32,000 nucleotides of DNA from an uncultured Phycisphaeraceae bacterium (GTDB lineage Bacteria > Planctomycetota > Phycisphaerae > Phycisphaerales > UBA1924). Positions 31,987-32,000 of the stretch are shown here, one piece after another. Position numbers and translations under genes: made by a program. The notes under the pieces were generated by a model, which worked only from the letters and a program-made list of their open reading frames with translations, was not told the DNA's origin and made no database searches. The DNA lies in NCBI GenBank assembly GCA_964588585.1, contig CAZPPX010000009.1:119338-151337 (forward strand). The letters run 5' to 3'. Position 1 is the stretch's first letter; every line of letters starts with the position of its first letter.

Positions 31987-32000
31987 GCTGGCGAGGATGC

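Overview
High-GC (by eye about 65-70%) bacterial chromosomal segment. The gene content (PEP-CTERM-type surface protein, dockerin-like C-terminal modules ending in Gly-Cys, an ECF sigma factor paired with a Ser/Thr kinase, two groEL paralogs, scattered four-helix-bundle and GxxExxY mini-genes) suggests Planctomycetota, possibly Phycisphaerae-like. That placement is inference only. The core of the window (11.3-20.9 kb) is a chaperone supercluster: groEL1, dedA, groES, groEL2, dnaJ, grpE and an FmdB-type zinc-ribbon gene. Flanking genes are nfo, a large beta-helix PEP-CTERM protein, an ECF sigma/STK pair, a Cys-less thioredoxin-fold protein, argF, a DapL-like aminotransferase, a thioesterase, a DMT transporter, a PQQ-type sugar dehydrogenase, mpg and ccsBA (System II cytochrome c biogenesis). 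The most unusual signal is in the spacers of the chaperone cluster. Two low-GC mini-ORFs, one of the 23S-IVS four-helix-bundle family and one GxxExxY/PD-(D/E)XK-like, each sit inside long inverted arms built from tandem 7- or 8-mers. They lie on either side of groEL2, an architecture resembling RNase III-excised rRNA intervening sequences but placed in an mRNA operon. A solo arm with a polypyrimidine tract, 8-nt-periodic TTTGG arrays abutting two start codons, and two families of GC-rich hairpins (one showing a compensatory stem change) also occur. Two toxin-antitoxin-like modules are embedded in housekeeping operons. One is a four-gene translationally coupled DUF433/DUF5615 cassette after groEL1. 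The other is a vapBC-like pair whose PIN gene carries one in-frame TGA and is coupled to mpg. No rRNA, tRNA or CRISPR array was seen.
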